Assembly: GCA_052279835.1 (NCBI GenBank)
Contig: CP181291.1
Span: forward strand, 1,984,001-2,048,000
Source: Microcoleus sp.
GTDB lineage: Bacteria; Cyanobacteriota; Cyanobacteriia; Cyanobacteriales; Microcoleaceae
Direction: 5' to 3'
DNA length: 64,000 nt
In this document: positions 32,252 to 41,351 of the stretch, one piece after another
How the letters are laid out: the number at the start of each line of letters is the position of its first letter
Position numbering within the stretch: the first letter of the stretch is position 1
Translations under genes and position numbers: made by a program
The notes under the pieces: model-generated
What the model saw: only the letters and a program-made list of their open reading frames with translations
Told to the model about the DNA's origin: nothing
Database searches by the model: none

Positions 32252-35200
32252 ATGAATTCCCTAGCAAGTTCTAAGGTCAAAATTCTGATCGTTGATGACG
32301 AACCAGACAATATTGAGTTGCTGTACCGCACCTTCTATCGCGATTATAAAGTGCTGAGCGCCAAATCAGGTCCTGACGCCCTCGAAATCTTGAGAAGAGA
32401 GAAAGAAGTTGCCGTGATTATCTCGGATCAGCGGATGCCAAAAATGAGCGGGACTGAGTTTCTCCGCTTGACTGCTGTCGAGTATCCCGACGTGATCAGA
32501 ATTATTTTAACTGGCTATACCGATGTTGAAGATTTAGTTGAAGCTATTAATGCGGGCAAAGTATTCAAATACGTTACTAAGCCTTGGGATTCCGATGACC
32601 TCAAGGTTTTGGTCAGTCAAGCTGTGGATACTCACCATGTTCTGAAAAATCGCACTAATGAACTGCGACGGGCACTACAGCAAGAATCACTGCTTTATGC
32701 CGTTACCAATAGTATCCGATCGGCCCTCAATTACCAGCAAATGCTGCAAAGAATTGTGGAAACCGTAGGTGAAATGTTTCAGGTGAGTTGCTGCTTGTTA
32801 CGTCCCTTCCAAGACGGTAGAGTGGCTGATGAATGGTTCGTTTATCCACACCAGGAAACTCCTGATTTGCCATCATCGGAGGCTGTCGCCATACCCCTAG
32901 ATGCCCCGGGTGCTAGACTTTCTGTAGATTTACTACCGCTGTTGGTGTGGGAAACTACCCAAGTAGAAGTGATTCAAGATGCTCAAACCGACGATCGCAT
33001 TTTACACGCAGGAAATGACCAGCGACGACTTGCTTACCAAGCAGCCAACATCCGATCGAGCTTAATCGTACCTCTGTTCTACCAAAACGAACTCATGGCA
33101 GTTTTAGCGCTGCACTCCTTCGAGCACCCCCGCCCGTGGGAAGAACACGAGATCAACTTAGTCAATACAGTAGCAGACCAAGCAGCCTTGGCCCTTTCTC
33201 AAGCCCGTGCTTACGAACAAGTGCGGGCGCTGGCAAAACGCGAAGCCCTAGTCAATACTATTACCACGGCAATTCGATCGAGCCTGGACCCCCAAAACAT
33301 TTTTTCAGCCATTACCCAACAACTAGGGCAAGCTCTGCAAGTAGACGGCTGCGTGCTATCCCTGTGGACAGAAGACGATGAATACGTTCAATGCGTGGGA
33401 CTTTATGACTCAAATCGGAATTTTGTAGCCGCCGAAGAGGACTTTATCGCTCCTAATTTACTCGCCAACGACATGATTAGGGATAGAGGCCGCGCCTGGA
33501 TATTTCCCCAATCTTCGCTACCCCAGTCTTTAGTGCCGATTCGAGGGAATCCGGTTTTGCAAAACATTATGATCTCGAAAGAACCGGTGGCGATTTCAGA
33601 TCTCAACGAACGTCCTGACATGAATGTTACAGAACTACAACTGCGATCGCCAGCCCGCGCCCTTCTGGTAGTCCCCTTGCTTTCCGATGGTAAAATCATC
33701 GGCAGCATCTCCCTACGACAAAACAACAACACCAGGCGCTGGCTAGCCTCGGACATTGATCTGGCTCAAATAGTAGCAACTCAAGCAGCTTTAGCCGTAC
33801 AGCAGTCCCGCCTCTACCAAACTACCAGACAGCAAGCCGAACGTCTCCTGGAAGCCGATCGACTCAAAACCGAGTTTTTCCAAAATATCTCTCACGAATT
33901 CCGTACACCTCTAACCCTCACCATTGGTCCCCTGGAATCAGTTTGCAGTCGCCAAGAAGACTTACCCTACGAACAAGCAGCCATTGCACTTCGCAATTCC
34001 CGTCGCCTGTTGCGCTTAGTAAATCAACTACTAGATTTGCAGCGACTGGATGCTGGACGAATGCAGCCGAGTTTTCGCCCCTGCGACTTAGTAGGTTTCT
34101 GTTACTCTACCGCCGAATCATTTCGCCCCTATTGCGAGAAAAAAAACATCAACTTAATTACTCAATTGCAAGAGTGTCCGTTGCTCTATTTAGATATTGA
34201 AAGATTTGATAAAGTTATTTATAACCTACTATCAAATGCTGTCAAATTTACCCCCGAAGGTGGAAATATAACCCTGACAGTTGCATCGGCAGGTTCTCAC
34301 TGTTTGCTGCAAGTAAAAGATACCGGGATCGGCATCCGCACCGAACAAATTCCCTATTTATTCGAGCGTTTTCGTCAGGCAGAAGGTTCCGCCAGCCGTT
34401 CCTACGAAGGAAGTGGCTTAGGCTTGGCATTGGTCAAAGAATTAGTGGAAATGCACGGTGGTCAAATCTCCGTAGAATCTGTTTATGGTGAAGGCTCTAC
34501 TTTTACAGTTTGGCTCCACTTCGGCTCCACCCATTTGCCCCCTGAACAAGTGCTGGAAATACCAACAGAATTTCACTCATCAAAAGCAACGGTGGAATTG
34601 GCAGATGTAGAAGGTGATTTGTCTGATGCTGAAATCACCAACGAGAATGTGGAAACCCTCCAATCCGTAAGCTCAGAAACAGCAGTTGGCACAGTTTTGG
34701 TAGTTGATGATAATCCTGATTTACGCTTTTATGTATCGGGAATTTTGCGAGATTCAGGCTTTTCGGTTTTGCTTGCCCGTAACGGTGAGGAGGGATTTGC
34801 AGTAGCGAAAAAACGTCGCCCTGATTTGATTGTTACAGATTTGATGATGCCCTTAGTGTCGGGCTTAGATTTGATTCGGATGATTAGAGAAGATCGAGAG
34901 TTAAAAGGTACTCCTGCTATTTTATTGACTGCTAAAGCCGATGAAGACACTCGAATTGAAGGAGTAGAACGGGGAGCTGATGCTTATTTGTCCAAGCCTT
35001 TTAACGACAGGGAATTATTGGCAGAAGTGCGAAATTTGCTGGCTCTCAAGGAGAACGAGCGCCGTGTCCAGCAGTTGAATACCTATTTAACTGAGTCGGT
35101 ACTGCGCCGCTTTTTGCCGCCGGCAATGGTGAAAGCGGCTGCGGCGGGAGATTTGGCGCTGAATTTGCGCCCGGAACCGCGATTAATCACGATTTTATTT

Positions 35201-35752
35201 AGCGATATTGTGGGTTTTACTGCCCTCTCCAATACATTGCGATCGCGCCGAGTAGCGGAGTTGTTGAATCAATATTTAGCCGCCATGACTAAAGCGATTT
35301 TTGATAGTGGTGGTACGGTAGATAAGTTTGTGGGAGATGCGGTAATGGCAATATTTGGAGCGCCGGAAGAACTCAACCCCAATGAACAAGTGCGGCGTGC
35401 TGTGGAGGCTGCAAGGAAAATGTTGCGAGCTCTGAATGAGCTTAACCAAAGTTGGATTGAACAGGGTATTGTTGGGGAGAATGGGGTGCCACCTGTGCGT
35501 TTTCGCTGTGGAATTCATCAGGGTACTGCGGTGGTGGGGATGTTTGGCTGCGAGGAGCGATCGGACTATACTGCGATCGGACCGAGTGTGAATATTGCCG
35601 CTCGACTGCAAGAAGCGGCCGAACCCAATAGTGTCTTAATTTCCGCAGCGGTGGCCGATTATGTTGATGAGGAGAGAATTATTAAATATAAGCCACTGCA
35701 ATTGAAGGGAATTGATGAAACGGTGTTGACTTTTGTACTCAAGTGTGATTGA
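32252..35752 (+). CDS. cyaC: Hybrid sensor adenylate cyclase (REC-GAF-GAF-HisKA-HATPase-REC-cyclase)
   Basis: IVDDEPD/DQRMP receiver, two GAF domains, SHEFRTPL, NLLSNAVKFT, GSGLGL, second receiver, FSDIVGFT/DKFVGDAVMA/VNIAARLQ cyclase; this is the cyanobacterial CyaC architecture. Confidence 0.92.
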   Translation: MNSLASSKVKILIVDDEPDNIELLYRTFYRDYKVLSAKSGPDALEILRREKEVAVIISDQRMPKMSGTEFLRLTAVEYPDVIRIILTGYTDVEDLVEAINAGKVFKYVTKPWDSDDLKVLVSQAVDTHHVLKNRTNELRRALQQESLLYAVTNSIRSALNYQQMLQRIVETVGEMFQVSCCLLRPFQDGRVADEWFVYPHQETPDLPSSEAVAIPLDAPGARLSVDLLPLLVWETTQVEVIQDAQTDDRILHAGNDQRRLAYQAANIRSSLIVPLFYQNELMAVLALHSFEHPRPWEEHEINLVNTVADQAALALSQARAYEQVRALAKREALVNTITTAIRSSLDPQNIFSAITQQLGQALQVDGCVLSLWTEDDEYVQCVGLYDSNRNFVAAEEDFIAPNLLANDMIRDRGRAWIFPQSSLPQSLVPIRGNPVLQNIMISKEPVAISDLNERPDMNVTELQLRSPARALLVVPLLSDGKIIGSISLRQNNNTRRWLASDIDLAQIVATQAALAVQQSRLYQTTRQQAERLLEADRLKTEFFQNISHEFRTPLTLTIGPLESVCSRQEDLPYEQAAIALRNSRRLLRLVNQLLDLQRLDAGRMQPSFRPCDLVGFCYSTAESFRPYCEKKNINLITQLQECPLLYLDIERFDKVIYNLLSNAVKFTPEGGNITLTVASAGSHCLLQVKDTGIGIRTEQIPYLFERFRQAEGSASRSYEGSGLGLALVKELVEMHGGQISVESVYGEGSTFTVWLHFGSTHLPPEQVLEIPTEFHSSKATVELADVEGDLSDAEITNENVETLQSVSSETAVGTVLVVDDNPDLRFYVSGILRDSGFSVLLARNGEEGFAVAKKRRPDLIVTDLMMPLVSGLDLIRMIREDRELKGTPAILLTAKADEDTRIEGVERGADAYLSKPFNDRELLAEVRNLLALKENERRVQQLNTYLTESVLRRFLPPAMVKAAAAGDLALNLRPEPRLITILFSDIVGFTALSNTLRSRRVAELLNQYLAAMTKAIFDSGGTVDKFVGDAVMAIFGAPEELNPNEQVRRAVEAARKMLRALNELNQSWIEQGIVGENGVPPVRFRCGIHQGTAVVGMFGCEERSDYTAIGPSVNIAARLQEAAEPNSVLISAAVADYVDEERIIKYKPLQLKGIDETVLTFVLKCD

Positions 35753-35849
35753 GTTGGGCCGCAACCCAAATAATTTCCGATGGGTTAACGGCAGTTGACA
35801 AAATATCTATATTTACCTATATTTTAAACAGGTAATTCAAGGGTTAGCA

Positions 35850-36446
35850 GTGGACAGACTAATTAGTATAGGCGAACTAGCGGAACTCAAAGCCGTAAGT
35901 GTAGATACCATCAGGCGTTGGGAAAGCGAAGGAAAAATTAAATCAGTTAGAACCAGTGGCGGACACAGGCGGTACAGGTTAGCTGACTTTGTAGAGCAAA
36001 AGCTAGGTAAAACTCTTGCTTACGCCCGTGTTTCATCCCAAGATCAGAAAGACGCTCTTGATAGACAAGACGCGGTATTGTCTGGTTACTGTCAATCTAA
36101 TGGTTGGAATTACGAGGTGATTAGAGACTTAGGCAGTGGTATGAATTATCGCAAAAAAGGTTTAAATAAACTACTCACAGCTATTTTAGATGGTGATGTA
36201 GCGCGTCTTGTAATCACCCACAAAGATCGGTTACTTCGGTTCGGGTCTGAACTTATTTTTGCTGTCTGTGAGTACCACGATATTGAGGTAATCATACTAA
36301 ACAAAAAAGAGGATGCAACCTTTGAAGAGGATTTGGCATCGGATGTTCTGGAAATTATCACAGTCTTTTCTGCCAGACTCTACGGCTCTGGCTCAAATAA
36401 GAATAAAAAACTGTTAGAAAAGCTTGCAGAAGCTACGCAATTGTGA
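35850..36446 (+). CDS. tnpA: IS607-family transposase TnpA (MerR-type HTH plus serine recombinase)
   Basis: VSVDTIRRWESEGKI...GGHRRY, YARVSS, DLGSGMNY, HKDRLLRFG, VFSARLYG. Confidence 0.93.
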   Translation: MDRLISIGELAELKAVSVDTIRRWESEGKIKSVRTSGGHRRYRLADFVEQKLGKTLAYARVSSQDQKDALDRQDAVLSGYCQSNGWNYEVIRDLGSGMNYRKKGLNKLLTAILDGDVARLVITHKDRLLRFGSELIFAVCEYHDIEVIILNKKEDATFEEDLASDVLEIITVFSARLYGSGSNKNKKLLEKLAEATQL

Positions 36447-36477
36447 TGGAATGTAAAAATAAAGTAAGATTGTAAGA

Positions 36478-36771
36478 GTCAACTTTATGATGTCAGGATA
36501 AGAGTTTAACAAGTCATACGGTAACACGCACCTACAAAAAACTTACGGTATTAATAAACGTCATGCTAATGGTGTAATCTCATCGGCTAAAGGTGCTGTT
36601 GATAGGTGGCATTCTTGTCGGTGCGGAGAGTCTTTAGATCGAGACGAAAACTCGGCTAAACTTATCAAAAAGATTGGCCTGAGTCATGAAAGTGGCGGGG
36701 GAACTCCGTCACTCAAAAAAGCCCTTGCACAAAGGGAAATAGAAGCCTGCGGTCTAGCGGTACTCCGCTGA
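36478..36771 (+). pseudogene. tnpB: tnpB remnant (N-terminal fragment fused to a Zn-ribbon/RuvC-III C-terminal fragment)
   Basis: VNFMMSG*EFNKSYGNTHLQKTYGINKRHANGVISSAKGAVD joined in frame to RWHSCRCGESLDRDENSAKLIKKIG. Confidence 0.75.
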
Positions 36772-36784
36772 CCGTCAGGTTCGT

Positions 36785-38044
36785 TCACAAGCCGTATTTA
36801 TGGGAGATAGGATCGGAGGCAGGCCCGACAGCATCGATCGCAGCCTCAAGAGCGATCGACACATGAGTCCAATGAGTCCCCCCTTGACAAAAAGCTATAT
36901 AGGGTTCCCGCAGTGGCCCATCAGCCGAAAACTCCGACGTACTCCCATCAATAAAAGTACCCCCAGCCATCACCAACTTACTTTCATAGCCGTGCATGGG
37001 AGCAGGCACCGGATCTAAATAGGAACCAACGGGGGAATTTTGTTGAACAGCTCGACAAAAAGCAATTAACTTATCAGCACAACCAAATTCGATCGCCTGA
37101 ATCACATCTCGTCTTTTGGCCAAAGGAATCGGATTCACCCGATAACCCAACTTATAAAAAACATAAGCCGTCAAATGATTTCCCTTGATCGCCTCACCCA
37201 CCAACCCAGGCGCTAAAAACAAACCCTGAAACAGCAAGCGATTTAAATCAAAAGTTGCACCGCCACTACTGCCAATTCCAGGGGCCGTCAAGCGACAAGT
37301 TGCAGCCTCCACTAAATCTGCCCTCCCGGCGACGTAACCCCCCGCAGGGACGATCGTACCCCCCGGATTTTTAATCAAAGAACCAGCCATCAGATCCGCA
37401 CCAACAGCAGTCGGTTCACAATCCTCAACAAATTCTCCGTAACAATTATCAACAAAGCAAATTGTGTTAGGATTCTGATGTTTGACTATGGCGACGATTT
37501 TTTGAATCTCAGAAATAGACAGACTAGACCGCCAAGAATAACCGCAAGAGCGCTGGATAAAAACCAGGCGAGTTTTTGCTGAAATAGCACAGCTCAGTCC
37601 CTGCCAATCCACACTTCCTTCGCGAGTTAGAGGCAACTGACGGTAAAGAATGCCAAACTCAATCAGTGAACCTTGACCTTGCCCCCGCAGGCCGATGACT
37701 TCTTCTAAAGTATCGTAGGGAGACCCAGCCACTGCCAACATTTCGTCACCAGGACGCAGGATGCCAAACAGAGCACAGGCGATGGCGTGAGTACCCGAAA
37801 CAAACTGTACTCGCACCGCCGCCGCTTCTGCACCAACTACTTCGGCAAACACGCCGTCCAACGTCTCCCGACCCAAATCGTCGTGACCGTAACCCGTAAC
37901 TCCTGCAAAATGGTGGACTCCAACCCGGTGGCCCCGAAAAGCTTTTAAGACTCGTTGAAGATTTTGCTTGACTGTCGCGTCAATACCAGAAAAAATCTGA
38001 AGGAGTGCCTGTTCTGCTTCCTGTAGCCGTGAAACGCTATTCAT
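36785..38044 (-). CDS. Methionine gamma-lyase-like / aluminium-resistance (YnbB-type) PLP protein
   Basis: GYGHDDLGRE, FVSGTHAI, QRSCGYSWR, VDNCYGEF, GSLIKNPGG, FIDGSTSEFSADGP. Confidence 0.9.
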   Translation of the reverse strand: MNSVSRLQEAEQALLQIFSGIDATVKQNLQRVLKAFRGHRVGVHHFAGVTGYGHDDLGRETLDGVFAEVVGAEAAAVRVQFVSGTHAIACALFGILRPGDEMLAVAGSPYDTLEEVIGLRGQGQGSLIEFGILYRQLPLTREGSVDWQGLSCAISAKTRLVFIQRSCGYSWRSSLSISEIQKIVAIVKHQNPNTICFVDNCYGEFVEDCEPTAVGADLMAGSLIKNPGGTIVPAGGYVAGRADLVEAATCRLTAPGIGSSGGATFDLNRLLFQGLFLAPGLVGEAIKGNHLTAYVFYKLGYRVNPIPLAKRRDVIQAIEFGCADKLIAFCRAVQQNSPVGSYLDPVPAPMHGYESKLVMAGGTFIDGSTSEFSADGPLREPYIAFCQGGTHWTHVSIALEAAIDAVGPASDPISHKYGL

Positions 38045-38124
38045 CTATACCTCGCTCACCATTTGTGTGCGCGCAGCTCGTTATCGCGTAGATGCGGCCC
38101 TTAGTTTGTAAACATAATATCTTC

Positions 38125-38946
38125 ATGACGATTGCAACTTCCAAAAAAACTTCTCCTGATTGGCCTGTCATAGGCTTTATGGCCTTTTTACACATCGGCG
38201 CTTTATTTGCTTTGCTGCCGAGTAATTTTAGCTGGTCTGCGATCGGGCTAGCAGTATTCCTCCATTGGGTAACAGGTGGTTTAGGAATTACTCTCGGATT
38301 CCACCGTCTGGTTACTCATCGCAGTTTTCAAACTCCCAAATGGCTAGAATATTTCCTAGTTATTTGCGGTACTCTTTCCTGTGAAGGAGGCCCGATCGAC
38401 TGGGTAGGAATGCACCGGTTACACCACATACATTCTGACACTGAAACAGATCCCCACGACTCCAATCAAGGCTTCTGGTGGAGCCACATGGGCTGGATGC
38501 TCTCGGATCTGCCCATCAGAGTTGAAATCCCGCGCTTTACAAAAGACATTGGCGACGATCCAGTATACAAGTTTCTGCAAGCATATTTTATCCCCATCCA
38601 AATAGTCTTCGGTGTCTTGCTCTATTTATTAGGCGGCTGGTCCTTCGTGGTTTGGGGCGTGTTTATGCGGATTGTAGTGGTGTTCCACTGCACTTGGCTG
38701 GTGAACAGTGCTACCCACAAATTTGGGTATCGCACCTACGAGTCTGGCGATCGCTCCACCAACTGCTGGTGGGTGGCCGTCCTGACTTATGGCGAAGGCT
38801 GGCACAATAACCACCACGCCTTTCAATACTCGGCTCGCCACGGTCTTCAATGGTGGGAAATCGACTTAACCTGGATGACAATTCAACTGCTGCAAACACT
38901 GGGTTTGGCAACCAAAGTCAAATTAGCAGATATCGCAGAAAAGTAA
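38125..38946 (+). CDS. desC: Acyl-lipid delta-9 desaturase
   Basis: His boxes HRLVTH, HRLHH, HNNHH. Confidence 0.93.
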   Translation: MTIATSKKTSPDWPVIGFMAFLHIGALFALLPSNFSWSAIGLAVFLHWVTGGLGITLGFHRLVTHRSFQTPKWLEYFLVICGTLSCEGGPIDWVGMHRLHHIHSDTETDPHDSNQGFWWSHMGWMLSDLPIRVEIPRFTKDIGDDPVYKFLQAYFIPIQIVFGVLLYLLGGWSFVVWGVFMRIVVVFHCTWLVNSATHKFGYRTYESGDRSTNCWWVAVLTYGEGWHNNHHAFQYSARHGLQWWEIDLTWMTIQLLQTLGLATKVKLADIAEK

Positions 38947-39277
38947 CTGGCGATCGTAGGTAACAGGTTATTAGTCATTAGTTGCAGACTGAGGGCTAAT
39001 AACCAATTTTTTTTCAAATTTTTCAAAATAATTTAGCCGGATTCAAATCCAGCAGCAATCCCCAGACTGCTGCCACCAATCGGTAGCAGAATGTACTATC
39101 ATAGATATAAGACCTATCCCATAATTATTTTCGAGTAAGCATTCTACCCTAGTTTGCCTGAATTTTTCGCAGACATCTATGGGATAGATATTGAAGCAAA
39201 ACAATTAGGCTTTTTATCAGATTAATTGTGTAAACTTCCCCAAATCTCAACAATATATACTCTAGATTCCTCATCTA

Positions 39278-39417
39278 TAGCTTTTCTCAGTTAAGTGAGG
39301 TAGAGGTTAATGGGTAATGGGGCATGGGGAACCCCCCCCTGGGGGGGAAGGGTATAGGGCATTACCTATTACCTATTACCTATTCTCGATCTTACCTCAT
39401 CTTTCTGAGAAAGGCTA
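39278..39417. mobile_element. MITE with IS630-type ends
   Basis: TA|TAGCTTTTCTCAG...CTGAGAAAGGCTA|TA; the ends match the IS630 at 58850-60099. Confidence 0.8.
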
Positions 39418-39522
39418 TATAGCATTTGATAATTCATGTTTGATTAGCTTGGGTTTATTAACCTCTATCTAACCTAGTTTATATGAATTTTACTCAATTT
39501 AAAACATCAAATCTGAAACCGA

Positions 39523-40338
39523 ATGACAATAGCAACACAAGACAAACTCGAATACAATTGGGTGCATATTATTAGTTTAGCCGGAGTTCACATTGGCGCT
39601 TTGTTCGCCCTACTTCCTGCTAACTTCAACTGGACAGCAGTGGGTTTAACAGTATTTATGCACTGGATAACAGGCGGTTTAGGAATCACCCTCGGATGGC
39701 ATCGCCTCCTGACTCACCGCAGCTTTCAGACACCCAAATTTGTAGAATATTTTCTAGCTTTTTGCGGTGCTCTAGCTTGTCAAGGAGGAATAATTCATTG
39801 GGTTGGCTTGCATCGCTTGCACCACACCCACTCCGACCAAAATAATATCGACCCTCATAATGCTCAGCAAGGTTTTTGGTGGAGTCATCTAGGTTGGATG
39901 TTTTATAAAGGCCCCGCCCACGATGAAATTCCCCGCTGCACCAAAGACATTGCTAGCGACCCATTTTATCAGTTTTTACAAAACTACTTTTTGCCAATTC
40001 AAATCGCCTTTGGCATCTTGCTTTACTTAGCAGGAGGCTGGCCTTTTGTAGTTTGGGGAATATTTGTGCGCTTAGTTTTCGTGTATCACTGCACATGGTT
40101 TGTCAACAGCGCTACTCACAAATTTGGCTACCGCACCTACGAAACCAAGGATAGTTCTACTAACTGTTGGTGGGTTGCTGTCCTGACTTATGGTGAAGGC
40201 TGGCACAATAACCACCATGCTTATCAATATTCTGCTCGTCACGGGATGGAATGGTGGGAAATTGACTTTACTTGGATGACAATTCAAGTGATGGAAGCAC
40301 TAGGTTTGGCAAGCAAGGTGAAATTACCAGCCAAGTAG
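39523..40338 (+). CDS. desC: Acyl-lipid delta-9 desaturase, second paralog
   Basis: His boxes HRLLTH, HRLHH, HNNHH; clearly homologous to 38125-38946. Confidence 0.92.
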   Translation: MTIATQDKLEYNWVHIISLAGVHIGALFALLPANFNWTAVGLTVFMHWITGGLGITLGWHRLLTHRSFQTPKFVEYFLAFCGALACQGGIIHWVGLHRLHHTHSDQNNIDPHNAQQGFWWSHLGWMFYKGPAHDEIPRCTKDIASDPFYQFLQNYFLPIQIAFGILLYLAGGWPFVVWGIFVRLVFVYHCTWFVNSATHKFGYRTYETKDSSTNCWWVAVLTYGEGWHNNHHAYQYSARHGMEWWEIDFTWMTIQVMEALGLASKVKLPAK

Positions 40339-40354
40339 CACTAATTGAGCTATT

Positions 40355-40420
40355 GTAGGGTGCGTCAGGTGTGACTGTGACTATACGCAGATTAAGAATT
40401 TTTCTCCTGACGCACCTTAC
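40355..40420. repeat. REP-like palindrome GTAGGGTGCGTCAGG...CCTGACGCACCTTAC
   Basis: About 15-bp inverted arms; related 72-bp units at 40541-40612 and 42675-42746. Confidence 0.75.
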
Positions 40421-40654
40421 GGTTAGTTAGCACTCCCCTTAGTAACGTCGTTGCTCGCGGTCTTCAATCCGTGTTGCGAACTTTTAAAACTTCTAGGAAA
40501 ACCGATCCTTAATGCAGATTAACGCAGATATTTTCTCCACGCTATCAAGTGCGTCGCTGTAAGATTGTCGATATTGAGTTAGAAATTTTCTGTGGCGACG
40601 CACCCTACGACTTATAGGGAAATAGCAGATTAATAGCGGATTAACCCAGATATT

Positions 40655-40809
40655 AGACCTATTGCAAAAAAAATCTATGTTACAATTAAAGGTTTTGAGT
40701 TTTAGACCTGAGAGCTAACTCATAATTGTAAAGTGCTGATATAACCTGCAATCTGCTCCACTTAAGCCAAACCCTTCATTGTAGCATAAAATTATTTTGC
40801 AAGAGGTCT
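40655..40809. mobile_element. 155-bp MITE, copy 1
   Basis: TIRs AGACCTATTGCAAAA / TTTTGCAAGAGGTCT, flanked by ATT on both sides. Confidence 0.85.
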
Positions 40810-41187
40810 ATTAAATTTAACTGCTCTACGGGAGCTTGAGGCATAATTGGCGGCATTGCTTCCGCAACTCCCATGCAATCCTTAACTGCACTTGCCAAAG
40901 CCGCGATCGGATCGGACAATTCCAAAGCTACTCATTTTGGATCTATACTTCTGGAGCGATCGTGATTCAGCACTTACTGGATCTAGTTTGCGTCTAGTTT
41001 GCACTGAGGGCGATCGACTGTGTTTAAAAGTTAAAACTAGCCATGCCTAAACTACTCAATTACCTCAGTATTTTTCTTATTATTTGCTTGCTGCTAATTC
41101 AGGACTTACGCAGACACACTATATGTAGTGTGCAGACAACTACGTTAGCGAAGCACTCGTTGCAGGATCGCACCCACTTGACGATTA

Positions 41188-41263
41188 GGGCGATCGACAG
41201 ATCAAGGGCGATCGACAGATCAAGGGCGATCGACAGATCAAGGGCGATCGACAGATCAAGGGC
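41188..41263 (+). repeat. 4 x 18-bp tandem repeat GGGCGATCGACAGATCAA in the IS701 leader
   Basis: Four perfect units. Confidence 0.95.
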
Positions 41264-41351
41264 TCAGGTATTTTTGGTATCTTTCAAAATGTTAAATACG
41301 AGGTAATCAGAGCTAAAATAAGTAATTAACCATTGAAGGCAATGTGTAAAT

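Larger units (their letters stand above)
35751..36788 (+). mobile_element. Chimeric IS607/IS605-like element (tnpA plus deleted tnpB)
   Basis: Left hairpin TTGGG...CCCAA (35754-35769); serine-recombinase tnpA; tnpB fragments; right subterminal hairpin 36746-36779 ending GTTCAC; exact left boundary uncertain. Confidence 0.7.

Noticed and set aside
41043..41306. 87-aa ORF containing RAIDRS repeats
   Set aside because: It spans the IS701 terminal repeat and the 18-bp array, so it is most likely spurious.
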